A stretch of DNA of 64,000 bases from an uncultured Candidatus Brevefilum sp. (GTDB lineage Bacteria; Chloroflexota; Anaerolineae; Anaerolineales; Anaerolineaceae). The stretch is taken from contig CAZXRL010000001.1 of assembly GCA_964643275.1 (NCBI GenBank), forward strand, positions 728 to 64,727, in the 5' to 3' direction. This document shows positions 39,817 through 49,198 of this stretch, one piece after another (position 1 is the stretch's first letter; the number at the start of each line of letters is the position of its first letter). The notes below the pieces were generated by a model. The model had not been told where the DNA came from. It was given only the letters and a program-made list of their open reading frames with translations, and did no database searches. The position numbers and the translations under genes are program-made.

Positions 39817-41028
39817 TCACGCGCCAAATTTCTCTAACCTGCCTGCATATGCAAGCGCGAGGGGCATCAATTCATAGGCCGGGAAACGCACGCCCAACCC
39901 GCCCTGCAGACAGGCGCGTTCACCGAAACTGCTGACGCCATCCGGCCGGCAGGTCCTGGCATGCAGCAAAACAGGGACAGGATGCCAGCTATGCTTTTTC
40001 ATGACACAGGGTGTACTGTGATCACCTGTGATGATCAAAACCGACGGGTCGAGTGCCAGAATCCTCGGGATGAGCGCGTCCACTTTTTCGATTTCTTCCA
40101 CTTTCTTCTCAAAATTACCATCTTCACCAAAACTGTCTGTCTTCTTGATGTGGACAAAGAAGAAATCATACTTGTCCCAGTTGGCTTCCAAAAGATCTAT
40201 TTCTTCATCATAGTCGTGGGCTGCCGGCGGGCTGTCCATACCTACAAGCTTTGCCACACCTCGGTACATGGGGTACATGGCAATCGCAATTGATTTTAAT
40301 CCAAAGGCTTCCGGGAATTTGGGCCAGTCGGGAATTTGGGCAAAACCACGTAACACCAGCATATTCGCAGGGTGCTCATCCGCCAGGATCGTTCCAGCCT
40401 GCCTTACAAATTCCTGAACAATCTCAGCCGCTTTTGCCGAATCCGGATTTAGTGCTTTTGCAAGCAGCGGTTTTTCTCCAACGACCTGGGGATCCGTTTC
40501 TGCAATCACCGCACGCAAGCCTTCTCCTCTGATCACAAGTAAAAATCGGTATTCCTTCACCGGGCGGAGGAAAACTTCTACGCCGGGAATACTGACCTTC
40601 TCATTGAGCAGTGCGCAAAGCCGTTCACCTGCCTCAGTCGAAATCCTGCCTGCCCGCCGATCTGTAATCCGGCCATCCTCATCCACCGTGCAGAAATTAC
40701 CACGGGCAGCGACATCGTCATCTCTCAAATCAAAATTGATTCCCAAAGCGGAAAGGGCTCCGCGGCCGACAACATACTTCAGAGGATCATAGCCAAACAA
40801 GGAAAGATGAGCCGGCCCGCTCCCCGGTGTTATCCCCACTCTGATCCCCTCATGCAATCCCAGCTCACTGGTTTCTGCCAGCCTGTCCATATTCGGCGTA
40901 TTGGCAGCTTCCAGCTCCGTCTTTCCACCCGGTTCCATGGGCAAGCCGCCAAGGCCATCCATAACCAGTAACACGATTTTTTCTTTATTACCGCTGATTA
41001 ATAGCGGTTTAAGTACATCGAAATCCAT
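39817..41028 (-). CDS. apgM: 2,3-bisphosphoglycerate-independent phosphoglycerate mutase (ApgM type)
   Basis: MDGLGG, TPGSGPAHLSLFGYDP, HIKKTDSFGEDG, TGDHSTP, HSWHP. Confidence 0.9.
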   Translation of the reverse strand: MDFDVLKPLLISGNKEKIVLLVMDGLGGLPMEPGGKTELEAANTPNMDRLAETSELGLHEGIRVGITPGSGPAHLSLFGYDPLKYVVGRGALSALGINFDLRDDDVAARGNFCTVDEDGRITDRRAGRISTEAGERLCALLNEKVSIPGVEVFLRPVKEYRFLLVIRGEGLRAVIAETDPQVVGEKPLLAKALNPDSAKAAEIVQEFVRQAGTILADEHPANMLVLRGFAQIPDWPKFPEAFGLKSIAIAMYPMYRGVAKLVGMDSPPAAHDYDEEIDLLEANWDKYDFFFVHIKKTDSFGEDGNFEKKVEEIEKVDALIPRILALDPSVLIITGDHSTPCVMKKHSWHPVPVLLHARTCRPDGVSSFGERACLQGGLGVRFPAYELMPLALAYAGRLEKFGA

Positions 41029-41242
41029 TTCTTTTTCTCCGTTCGCTTATAACCGTTAGACTTTGATTGATCCATACAGATTAGTATTATAAACCGTCTT
41101 CACTATTATTGAAGAGTCCATCTTCGGGAACTTGGAAAACCTGTATCCTTAAAGACTCGTCAATTACAAAAATTCTCCCGGGTTGACAATTGTTAGATTT
41201 AAACCTATGGACAGATTGCCTGTCAAAGCTTAACATTACTGC

Positions 41243-42040
41243 ATGAGTTGCTTTCAAAGAATAATCATACTTGTGCTCTTATCATTATTTCTGACCAGTT
41301 GCTCGTCATCTCCTATGGCAGAGATACCCTCTCAGATTGACGCCAATCAGGCTGATGCTACTGAGGTCTCAGGACAGATTGACTCTCCAACGGATAGCAT
41401 GAATGATATTGCTGTCGAGGGAACACCATATATAGCTTCAACACCAACCGCTGACCCTTTTTCAAATCTGTACAATTGTGAAACCCAGATCCTGTTTGTT
41501 ACAGGGCCTTTGGAAGGACAAAGCACAGAATTTTTTATCCTTGGAAAAGAATATTTTCTGGACAGAAGCCACCAGTTCTCACCTGGCGATGGCACAGCCG
41601 TATATTATGAGCCACAACGGTACATTATTCTTCATTCATCCTACGAAAACGGGAACATCCTCCGTCCTTTGGAAGCGGAATTCATCCGGAAATATCTGGA
41701 AACCTGGGGAGGAAAGAGTAATGCCTATATCCAGGAGCAGATTGACAGCCTGATCGGATCTGAGGTGTTGTGGTCCTGCAATGGAGATCCATTCCTTAAA
41801 ACTTCTCTTGACAGTGTGATCAGGCTATCTCACGAAGCCTCCACGCAGCTTTGGCAAAAACCCCAAGACCTGGAAAAAATCCTTGATAATAGAGAGGGGT
41901 TGACCTCAGAATGGGTCGGAGAAATATCATTTGGGGACTCTGGATCAATATATATTGGATTCTGTGGATGGGGACCGGAGGCAGAAAAAGAAGACCGATA
42001 CTCGTATTATAGATATCTGATAAGATTCACCCTCAATTAA
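41243..42040 (+). CDS. lipoprotein, putative divergent sortase-like cysteine transpeptidase (paralogue A)
   Basis: lipobox LTSC; YIILH131S, SLIGSEVLW, IYIGFC241GWG, R252/R257; homologous to the C-terminal domain of 49199-50395. The CDS is secure; the function is inferred. Confidence 0.6.
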   Translation: MSCFQRIIILVLLSLFLTSCSSSPMAEIPSQIDANQADATEVSGQIDSPTDSMNDIAVEGTPYIASTPTADPFSNLYNCETQILFVTGPLEGQSTEFFILGKEYFLDRSHQFSPGDGTAVYYEPQRYIILHSSYENGNILRPLEAEFIRKYLETWGGKSNAYIQEQIDSLIGSEVLWSCNGDPFLKTSLDSVIRLSHEASTQLWQKPQDLEKILDNREGLTSEWVGEISFGDSGSIYIGFCGWGPEAEKEDRYSYYRYLIRFTLN

Positions 42041-42077
42041 GTCTCAAAACACCATCTGATTTTTTAAGATTCATGGA

Positions 42078-42106
42078 TTGACATAACCCCACAACCCTTT
42101 TATTAT
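42078..42106 (+). promoter_or_regulatory. sigma70-type promoter
   Basis: TTGACA, 17 bp, TATTAT. Confidence 0.7.
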
Positions 42107-42235
42107 CACTTTATATTAATCTTTCGGTCCAAAGAATTCCGATTCATTAGTCCTTTAAAAGAGTCGACACCGGGGAAACATGATCAGAGTCCGAAAAATT
42201 TTTCCAAACAGCCTAATTACAAAAAGGGGTTTATA

Positions 42236-44302
42236 GTGAAAAGAATTCATAGATTCTGTTTTGTGCTGATTGCTGTATTCCTACTGCTTTCCTTGAAACC
42301 TGATAATCCGGCAATAGCGAATAATCTTCGCACCCCTGTACCAAGAAATGTCGAAATTGAAATTGGAGAATGCCACTGGAACGGTGAGAGATCCCTGACA
42401 TCAGTTACCTTTATTGTGCAAAACACAAAATTTACAGCATATGGGCCTTTAAACATCGGCCCGCTTTTCAATGAGCCCTCCGGAATAACCTTTGATCTCT
42501 GGTCCGGCACCTATACCTACACCTGGTTTGCCGGCTATGACAGCACGAGCTATGTCTGGACCAACCCCGTCACGGGTTCCTTTACCCTTAATGACTGTTT
42601 TCCCGAAGCGTCTGCATCGGTCTCTAAAGGCGTATGTACCTGGGATGAAACAAATGGATCTGTCACCCCTGTGACCATCACCCTTGATCATGCCAGCTTA
42701 TCACTTAATGGTGTGACCTACACAACCTCCACCAATGTCAACTTGCAGCCCGGCACATATACCTACAGCTGGGAGGGAACCGGGGGGTATCAAGGCGGAG
42801 AATCCAATCAAACCTTGACCATTCCGGATTGTACACCCTTACCTTCCACAGTCACCGCATCGCAAGGAACCTGTTCATGGTCCGAAGCTAATGGCTCACA
42901 GACACCGGTAAATCTCACAATCGTGGGCGCATTTGGCACGCTGACAAAAAATGGCAGCGTTCTGGGTACCTATAATTCAACTAATTCTCCCGTTCAATTG
43001 AACCTGTCACCCGGAAGCTATCTATTCAATTATCAGCCAGAATCAGGGTATTTCGGCAGTGGTTCTTTGGAAATCAACCTGTCAGGCTGCAATCCAACTG
43101 CTTATGTCTCTCACTCCATTGGGAACTGTACCTTTAATAATAGCCAATCCATAACAACCGTATCATTCACGACAACAGGCGCTGTCGTTACGGTTACTGG
43201 CCTGAGCGATGATGTTTATCATCCCTCTTTGGATAATCCCATCTTGAATTTACCGCCAGGCGCATATGATTACTCGTGGACCATTATGCCCAATTACGAT
43301 GGCCAGGGGGGTTCCCGGAGTTTTGCACTTGACAGTTGTGTTCCTTCCTCAGTTCAATACGAAATCGGTGAATGTAACTGGTCAAATAGCCAACCTGGCA
43401 GAAATGTAAACTTCTATGTAGAAGGCGCAACAGCTACCCTCTCAGGAGATGACGGTACCTATCCATCCTTTACCTCAGATTATGAATTTTTGAATCTGGC
43501 CAGCGGAAATTACAGCGTCGACTGGACGCCACTCGAAGGATATGCGGGTTCGGGGAACCTCCAGTTCGAGGTCCCACCCTGCGTGCCAGGCCTTGCCAGC
43601 GCTACGGTCAATCTCAAGGGCTGTGGAAAAGATGCTAATCAAAAGGATTGTGGAGAAGTTGACATCCTCATTGATAACGCTCTTCTTGTTCTGAACGGCG
43701 TTACTTACACTGAATCGAGCGCTGTAACCCTGTTACCCGGGATGTATCCCTACATCTGGCAAGCTCTAGCCGGCTATGAAGGCGAAGGTCAGGGAGAAAT
43801 CGATGCAACGGTCTGCGCGCCAAAACTGGGTGCTTCCGCTGAAATACAAGTTGGCACCTGTCACCTTATCGAAAATGTTTCATTAACAGACGTCATCCTG
43901 ATTCTGGAGGGATCAGAACTAACCCTTGAAAATGGTGATCATGAAACTTTCGGGCCATACAACATAAGCCAGACCATCAAACTCCCACCTGGTGACTACC
44001 ATTATTCCTGGGTCAGTTTGATGGGGTATGAAGGTACTGGTTCCGGGGACTTCACCATCACCCCTTGTGAGACCACAGAACGCAAATCCTCCAATAATGA
44101 TTCATCAGCCGGGATAAGCGACCCGGATTCAGGATTCGACCTCACATTTGACGAGTTATACGCCTATTCTTCAGAAATTGATCAGCCTGCCGGCGGCTTA
44201 GGGCCATCCATTATCTCTTACATCATCCCCCTTACGTTAGCCCCGCTTTTTGTTGGGGTATTCTATTTTCTGATTACACAAAGAAAAAGTCCATTGCAAT
44301 AA
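42236..44302 (+). CDS. secreted surface protein with 7 Cys-bracketed beta-rich repeats and a C-terminal QPAGG-TM-basic tail
   Basis: signal peptide; repeats GxC(xW)...L.PG.Y.Y.W....GY.G.G...C; ends DQPAGG, hydrophobic stretch, RK. Confidence 0.8.
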   Translation: MKRIHRFCFVLIAVFLLLSLKPDNPAIANNLRTPVPRNVEIEIGECHWNGERSLTSVTFIVQNTKFTAYGPLNIGPLFNEPSGITFDLWSGTYTYTWFAGYDSTSYVWTNPVTGSFTLNDCFPEASASVSKGVCTWDETNGSVTPVTITLDHASLSLNGVTYTTSTNVNLQPGTYTYSWEGTGGYQGGESNQTLTIPDCTPLPSTVTASQGTCSWSEANGSQTPVNLTIVGAFGTLTKNGSVLGTYNSTNSPVQLNLSPGSYLFNYQPESGYFGSGSLEINLSGCNPTAYVSHSIGNCTFNNSQSITTVSFTTTGAVVTVTGLSDDVYHPSLDNPILNLPPGAYDYSWTIMPNYDGQGGSRSFALDSCVPSSVQYEIGECNWSNSQPGRNVNFYVEGATATLSGDDGTYPSFTSDYEFLNLASGNYSVDWTPLEGYAGSGNLQFEVPPCVPGLASATVNLKGCGKDANQKDCGEVDILIDNALLVLNGVTYTESSAVTLLPGMYPYIWQALAGYEGEGQGEIDATVCAPKLGASAEIQVGTCHLIENVSLTDVILILEGSELTLENGDHETFGPYNISQTIKLPPGDYHYSWVSLMGYEGTGSGDFTITPCETTERKSSNNDSSAGISDPDSGFDLTFDELYAYSSEIDQPAGGLGPSIISYIIPLTLAPLFVGVFYFLITQRKSPLQ

Positions 44303-44473
44303 ACCTAGAACAATAGATCACCATTCGGTATAGACCTGGCAGAACGATAAGGCACAGGCCCTCATGTGTCATCATCATTCTTGACTTTTTCGCCCCCTTT
44401 TAATCTAACTTCATACTCCTTTGTTTCACGTTTCATCTATAATTAATGTTTCATTACAGTGTCATTTTCACCA

Positions 44474-44503
44474 TTGACAAAAGCGTTTATAAAATGATAC
44501 TAT
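44474..44503 (+). promoter_or_regulatory. sigma70-type promoter
   Basis: TTGACA, 18 bp, TACTAT with extended TG. Confidence 0.6.
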
Positions 44504-44720
44504 AGATTAAAATTAATTAAGAGTCCATGCTGGGTTGAGTGTTGCCTTAATTTTTTTTTCATTTATTGTCCCTGACTTAAAGGTGTTCATAATATTGAAA
44601 TGCTAAACCGATTCGTCATGAATCATTTTCGGAGTGCATTATTAAGATATTTCTTTTTTTATCCATTCACTGTTAAGGTCTACCAAATCTGTGAGGCCAA
44701 ATCAAGAAGTGAGGACAATT

Positions 44721-47700
44721 ATGTTTGTTGTTAATAATCATAATAGGAAGAGAGTGAGTGTTCTGGCCCTGTTTGGGCTGTTCATGATTCTCTCAATGCT
44801 TTTGACATCTGTTGTTAATGCCCAAACGATGGGCGATCAACAGGTCACTGAAGAGATCATCCTTGCCAGCCCAAATTTTGTGGATTCAACAGGGAATGGC
44901 GGCGAAGAGGAAGGCGGTGTACCCACTGCCACGCCAACGCCGGAAGAAATTCCCAGTGAAACCGATCCCGGTGATGAAGATTCCGGTGGAACTGATCCTG
45001 GCGAGGAAGATCCCGTAGAAACTGATCCTGGCGAAGAAGACCAAGGTGAGGAAGATTCCAGCGAAAAAGACTCCGATGAGGATGACCTCGGCGATGAAGA
45101 CCAAGGTGAAGATAATCCTGGCGAGGAAGACCCCGGTGGCGAAGATCCTGACGAGGGCGAACCCGATGAGAAGGACCTCGGTGAGGAAGAAAATTCTGAT
45201 GAGGGTGAAACCGATCCTGAGCTAATCCTCATGGGAATGGGTGAAGAAGGAGATAGAGGGTTATTACCTCAATGCCCGAGTGGGGGAGATTGGGTCAAAT
45301 TCACATTTGGTTTGTTTTCCTTACCGACTTCGTACACCTATGATGCCCCAGCAGGCAAGGAAATCGTTCGCGCCTGTTATGTCTCAGTTTCTTTATTTTC
45401 TTCTAATAAACACGAATACCCGGTCAACCCGCCTGAATCCTCTCACACTGTGTCGGTGGGAATTTTACAACGGATAACCGAAGCAAGTTTCAAACTTGCA
45501 GACATTAAAATAGACCCCTCCATCACAGCCGAACAGACCTGCGTATGGAATGGGAGCTCGAACATTTCCGTCACCTTCACCATGGTGGGAGTCGCATCAC
45601 TCACCTTTAATGGCACAACGTATACCTCCGTCGGCGAAACACTTACAATCGACGACCTGACTGCCGGCACATATAATTACTCGTATACCGGTGCTGCCGG
45701 CTATAATGATGGCAGTGGAACACTGGAACTCTTCGGATGCGAACCTCTACCCCTCATTCTGTCAGAAACCTGCTTGGAGAATGGGAATCATCAATGGACG
45801 GTGACGAACCCCAACCTGAATTCCATTAGCTTCAACTGGTATACGAATGAGACATCTCCCCTCCAATCGGGTGGACCATTATCAGTTCCAGGTAAAACTG
45901 GAGATACTGCTGGTTCTGTAACCTTCACATCCGATCACACCCAGCACACGATGGTTATCGAATATGATTATCATGAGGTGGGATTTGTAATTTCTTTGGC
46001 GACCGCATCAGTATGCGCATTACCTCACTACACACTCCAAGTCGAACCGGTTTGCTCCTTCCCAACAGATTTATTCAGGACATGGAAGATCATCAATAAT
46101 AACAGCTACCCTGTGAACTACTGGATTAAGCATAACAACATCATTCCCGAATTCAACCTCATTGCTCCTCCTGGAATTTCCCATATCCAGACCAGTCTTT
46201 TAACATCGAAGATTGATGTGTACGAAGAATCTTCGAAGGTTGCTTCTGCCACCAGCATCGGCGCATGTTATACCGACCTTACTCTGGATTATGAATGTCT
46301 GGATAACGGAGATCACTTATGGACAATTTCCAATCCAAATTCTGTTGAGATCGAATTTCAATGGAAGAAGAACCATGGATCTTACAGTGGTTGGATAAAT
46401 CTGGCTGATAATTCATCAACAACGTTTACTGTTGCCGATTCCAGCATCCAAACAATATATATCAACTACCGAATCGCGCTGGGTGGCGGAAAATATCTAA
46501 CAGGTTCCAACTATAAATTTGCTTCTTATTGTGAAATCTTCAACCCGCCCGCCATTGATGTCGAATGTGTCATGAAACATGGTGTGCTGAAGCATAAATG
46601 GACCATTCATAACCCCAATAATTTTAGTATTTGGTACAAATGGTCTTCAACCTCCGGCGAATCAGATACGACCTTTGATAGGTTATACCCGAATAACCAT
46701 TGCTACAATTGTGATACCGACACCTTTTACACTGACCTTACCGGACAAACACTAACCATTTATTACAAAAAAGCCGGTGGGGTTGAGAAATCCTTTACTG
46801 TCGATACAGAAGCCTGTGATGTGGTTGATCTCGATATCGTGATCACCGGAAGCGGTGAAAGCTGTGAAGATTTCGATTTCAATATTCGGGTGACCAACAC
46901 AGCCACCTATCTAGATGCAACCAATGTTGCTGTAACAATTAATATAACAAACGGGAATGCTTATTATATTGACGGATTTACTGGAAATCCATTCGCAACT
47001 CAATCAATCGGCAATCTTGGCCCTGGTCAATTTGTTGATATCCCCTTGTCCATTGATACAATCGATAGTCTGTGGATGCCTGCCGCAGCCGGGACGACCA
47101 TCGATTTTGAGGTGACCGCTGGATCTGATCAGGACAACAGTTCAAAGTCAGGATCCGCGGCCCATCCCGGAAGCTGTGCCATCAATCCTGAAATTGACTA
47201 CCAATGCCGCGATTATGACAACAGCCATATATGGTCTGTAAATAACCCGAATCCATTCCCGATTGAGATAAATTGGAAAATCGATGCTGGCGATTATTCG
47301 GATACCTGGCTTGAAATTGCGGCCAACACCATAACAGAATTGGAGCCCACATCAAACACAGAACAAATAATGACTCTCAAATACCGTTATGGGAGTAATC
47401 CTGAAATCGAGATGGCCCCCCAAACCGCTGAAGCATGCAAGACTGCCGGGTTGGGTTTGTCATTCATCTGCGGCTATCCCTCCGACACTGAACTGTTCTG
47501 GCAGGTCGAAAATCCATTTGATTTCGCTGTTGATTTCACCTGGGAAGTTTCAGGGTCTGGCGAAACAGGATCAGTATCTGTATCTGCTAACGGAGAAACA
47601 GTCTTCTCAACCGGCTTGACCGCCGATACGGTCATCCTGTCCGTCAATGGCAATGAAATAGATCAGGAAAACAGCGGTAATGCCTGCCTGTTTGACCTTG

Positions 47701-48974
47701 AACTGACCTACCGGTGCCTTGACAACGGAACCCATCTATGGACTGTGACGAACAACAACAAAGACGATCTCACCTTCGACTGGTATAAGAACGGGATTGC
47801 AGGTGGAACAGGAATTGCCGTCAAAGCTGAAGGCACTGCGACCTTTACCACAGTCACTGGCGAACACACCGTCCGGATTGAACATGATGACAATATCTTC
47901 GGTACGAAGGTCGTCGAATCCTTGGCTGAAGCCTGCAAAGTTGCTGAGGAACCAGAACCACCTACTTTATACTCTTCCACATTCAAACAGCCTGAAATTG
48001 GTGGATGTCAGGAATGGGTGATTTTCCACACCTATCGCGATGGCAGCCTAGAAATCTACCGGCTGGACGGCGTTGAAGGTGTAGGTGATTTCCAGCTTTT
48101 CAATTTATCAAAGGGCGTTGGTATTGATTCAGGCCCAAGCCGTTCATTTGATGATGCCTGGATTGCCTTCCAGAGCAAACGTGATGGCAACTATGAGATT
48201 TACTACACAGACAGCGCTGGTAATGAGCAAATCCGCTTGACCGATAATCCTGCAGATGACGTCAATCCCGTCTTCCGTTCCAATAATGTGGATATTGTCT
48301 TCCAAAGCAACCGGAACGGCAATTGGGATTTGTTCATGGTGAATCGAATTACCGGCCTGGAGATCCAATTGACGGATCATGAGTCAGATGAGATAAATCC
48401 TTACTTCTCACAAAATGAAAACCTGTTGGTCTTCGAAAGCAACCGTAATGGCAAGAGGGGCATTTTCATCCTGAATATTGCCACAGGCGTTGAATATCAG
48501 GTGACCAATGGCGAAGAAGAAAAAATCCATCCCGTCCTTTCACCTAACGGCCAGAAGATTGCTTACCTGTCCCAGGTGGACGGTATCTGGCAATTGTTCG
48601 TGATAGGCATTGATGGCACGAACAAAATCCAGGTGACTAATGCTGATGGCGACTCATTCAATCCTGCATGGTCCCCTGACAGCACACGAATCGCCTATCA
48701 ATCTGAACGTGAAGGCAATCTCGACATTTATACCTACGACCTGAGAAATGGCACTGAATACCGCGTTACCGATCATGAAGGCCAGGATTATGGTCCGACT
48801 TGGGATTGTGCCGGTATGAACCTCTCATACACCACGCAGCTTAATGGCAGTGCTTCGGATATCTATTCCGTCTTCTGGCAAGGCGGTGATCCCAGCTTCC
48901 TGACCAACCATCCTGGAATGGACAAATGGTCGGTCTGGTCACCTACTATGAAAATGCCATCCCAGAACGATTAA
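44721..48974 (+). CDS. large secreted mosaic protein: acidic repeats, Cys-bracketed WxVxNPN repeats, C-terminal TolB/PD40 propeller
   Basis: signal peptide ..VNA; DPGEE tract; 7 C...WxxxNxN...W...C units; IAFQSKRDGNYEIY and PAWSPD repeats; start 44721 by GAGGA RBS. Confidence 0.85.
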   Translation: MFVVNNHNRKRVSVLALFGLFMILSMLLTSVVNAQTMGDQQVTEEIILASPNFVDSTGNGGEEEGGVPTATPTPEEIPSETDPGDEDSGGTDPGEEDPVETDPGEEDQGEEDSSEKDSDEDDLGDEDQGEDNPGEEDPGGEDPDEGEPDEKDLGEEENSDEGETDPELILMGMGEEGDRGLLPQCPSGGDWVKFTFGLFSLPTSYTYDAPAGKEIVRACYVSVSLFSSNKHEYPVNPPESSHTVSVGILQRITEASFKLADIKIDPSITAEQTCVWNGSSNISVTFTMVGVASLTFNGTTYTSVGETLTIDDLTAGTYNYSYTGAAGYNDGSGTLELFGCEPLPLILSETCLENGNHQWTVTNPNLNSISFNWYTNETSPLQSGGPLSVPGKTGDTAGSVTFTSDHTQHTMVIEYDYHEVGFVISLATASVCALPHYTLQVEPVCSFPTDLFRTWKIINNNSYPVNYWIKHNNIIPEFNLIAPPGISHIQTSLLTSKIDVYEESSKVASATSIGACYTDLTLDYECLDNGDHLWTISNPNSVEIEFQWKKNHGSYSGWINLADNSSTTFTVADSSIQTIYINYRIALGGGKYLTGSNYKFASYCEIFNPPAIDVECVMKHGVLKHKWTIHNPNNFSIWYKWSSTSGESDTTFDRLYPNNHCYNCDTDTFYTDLTGQTLTIYYKKAGGVEKSFTVDTEACDVVDLDIVITGSGESCEDFDFNIRVTNTATYLDATNVAVTINITNGNAYYIDGFTGNPFATQSIGNLGPGQFVDIPLSIDTIDSLWMPAAAGTTIDFEVTAGSDQDNSSKSGSAAHPGSCAINPEIDYQCRDYDNSHIWSVNNPNPFPIEINWKIDAGDYSDTWLEIAANTITELEPTSNTEQIMTLKYRYGSNPEIEMAPQTAEACKTAGLGLSFICGYPSDTELFWQVENPFDFAVDFTWEVSGSGETGSVSVSANGETVFSTGLTADTVILSVNGNEIDQENSGNACLFDLELTYRCLDNGTHLWTVTNNNKDDLTFDWYKNGIAGGTGIAVKAEGTATFTTVTGEHTVRIEHDDNIFGTKVVESLAEACKVAEEPEPPTLYSSTFKQPEIGGCQEWVIFHTYRDGSLEIYRLDGVEGVGDFQLFNLSKGVGIDSGPSRSFDDAWIAFQSKRDGNYEIYYTDSAGNEQIRLTDNPADDVNPVFRSNNVDIVFQSNRNGNWDLFMVNRITGLEIQLTDHESDEINPYFSQNENLLVFESNRNGKRGIFILNIATGVEYQVTNGEEEKIHPVLSPNGQKIAYLSQVDGIWQLFVIGIDGTNKIQVTNADGDSFNPAWSPDSTRIAYQSEREGNLDIYTYDLRNGTEYRVTDHEGQDYGPTWDCAGMNLSYTTQLNGSASDIYSVFWQGGDPSFLTNHPGMDKWSVWSPTMKMPSQND
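44964..45188 (+). repeat. degenerate 15-bp coding tandem repeat, 15 units (DPGEE-like)
   Basis: GATCCCGGTGATGAA GATTCCGGTGGAACT GATCCTGGCGAGGAA ... GACCTCGGTGAGGAA. Confidence 0.9.
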
Positions 48975-49001
48975 TTTTTTCAATAGTCCTCACTATTGGT
49001 C

Positions 49002-49035
49002 ATCGGGGGTGGGTTGTAAGTTACCCACCCTCGAT
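49002..49035 (+). terminator. probable terminator
   Basis: ATCGGGGGTGGGT / ACCCACCCTCGAT then TATTCTTT. Confidence 0.7.
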
Positions 49036-49198
49036 TATTCTTTAATCCACACGCTAATTTCCTTTCCATATGAGAAATTTCCTGTTTCATAACTTCACTC
49101 AAGTCATATTTTCAATTTTGGACAATTCTGGTATCTTTATTCCTGATACAATTTCCGTAGTAATGTAGGCATAAACTTGAGAGAAATGCAAAACTTCG

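Noticed and set aside
44964-45188. CRISPR array
   Set aside because: Degenerate in-frame coding repeats without spacers, and no cas genes in the window.
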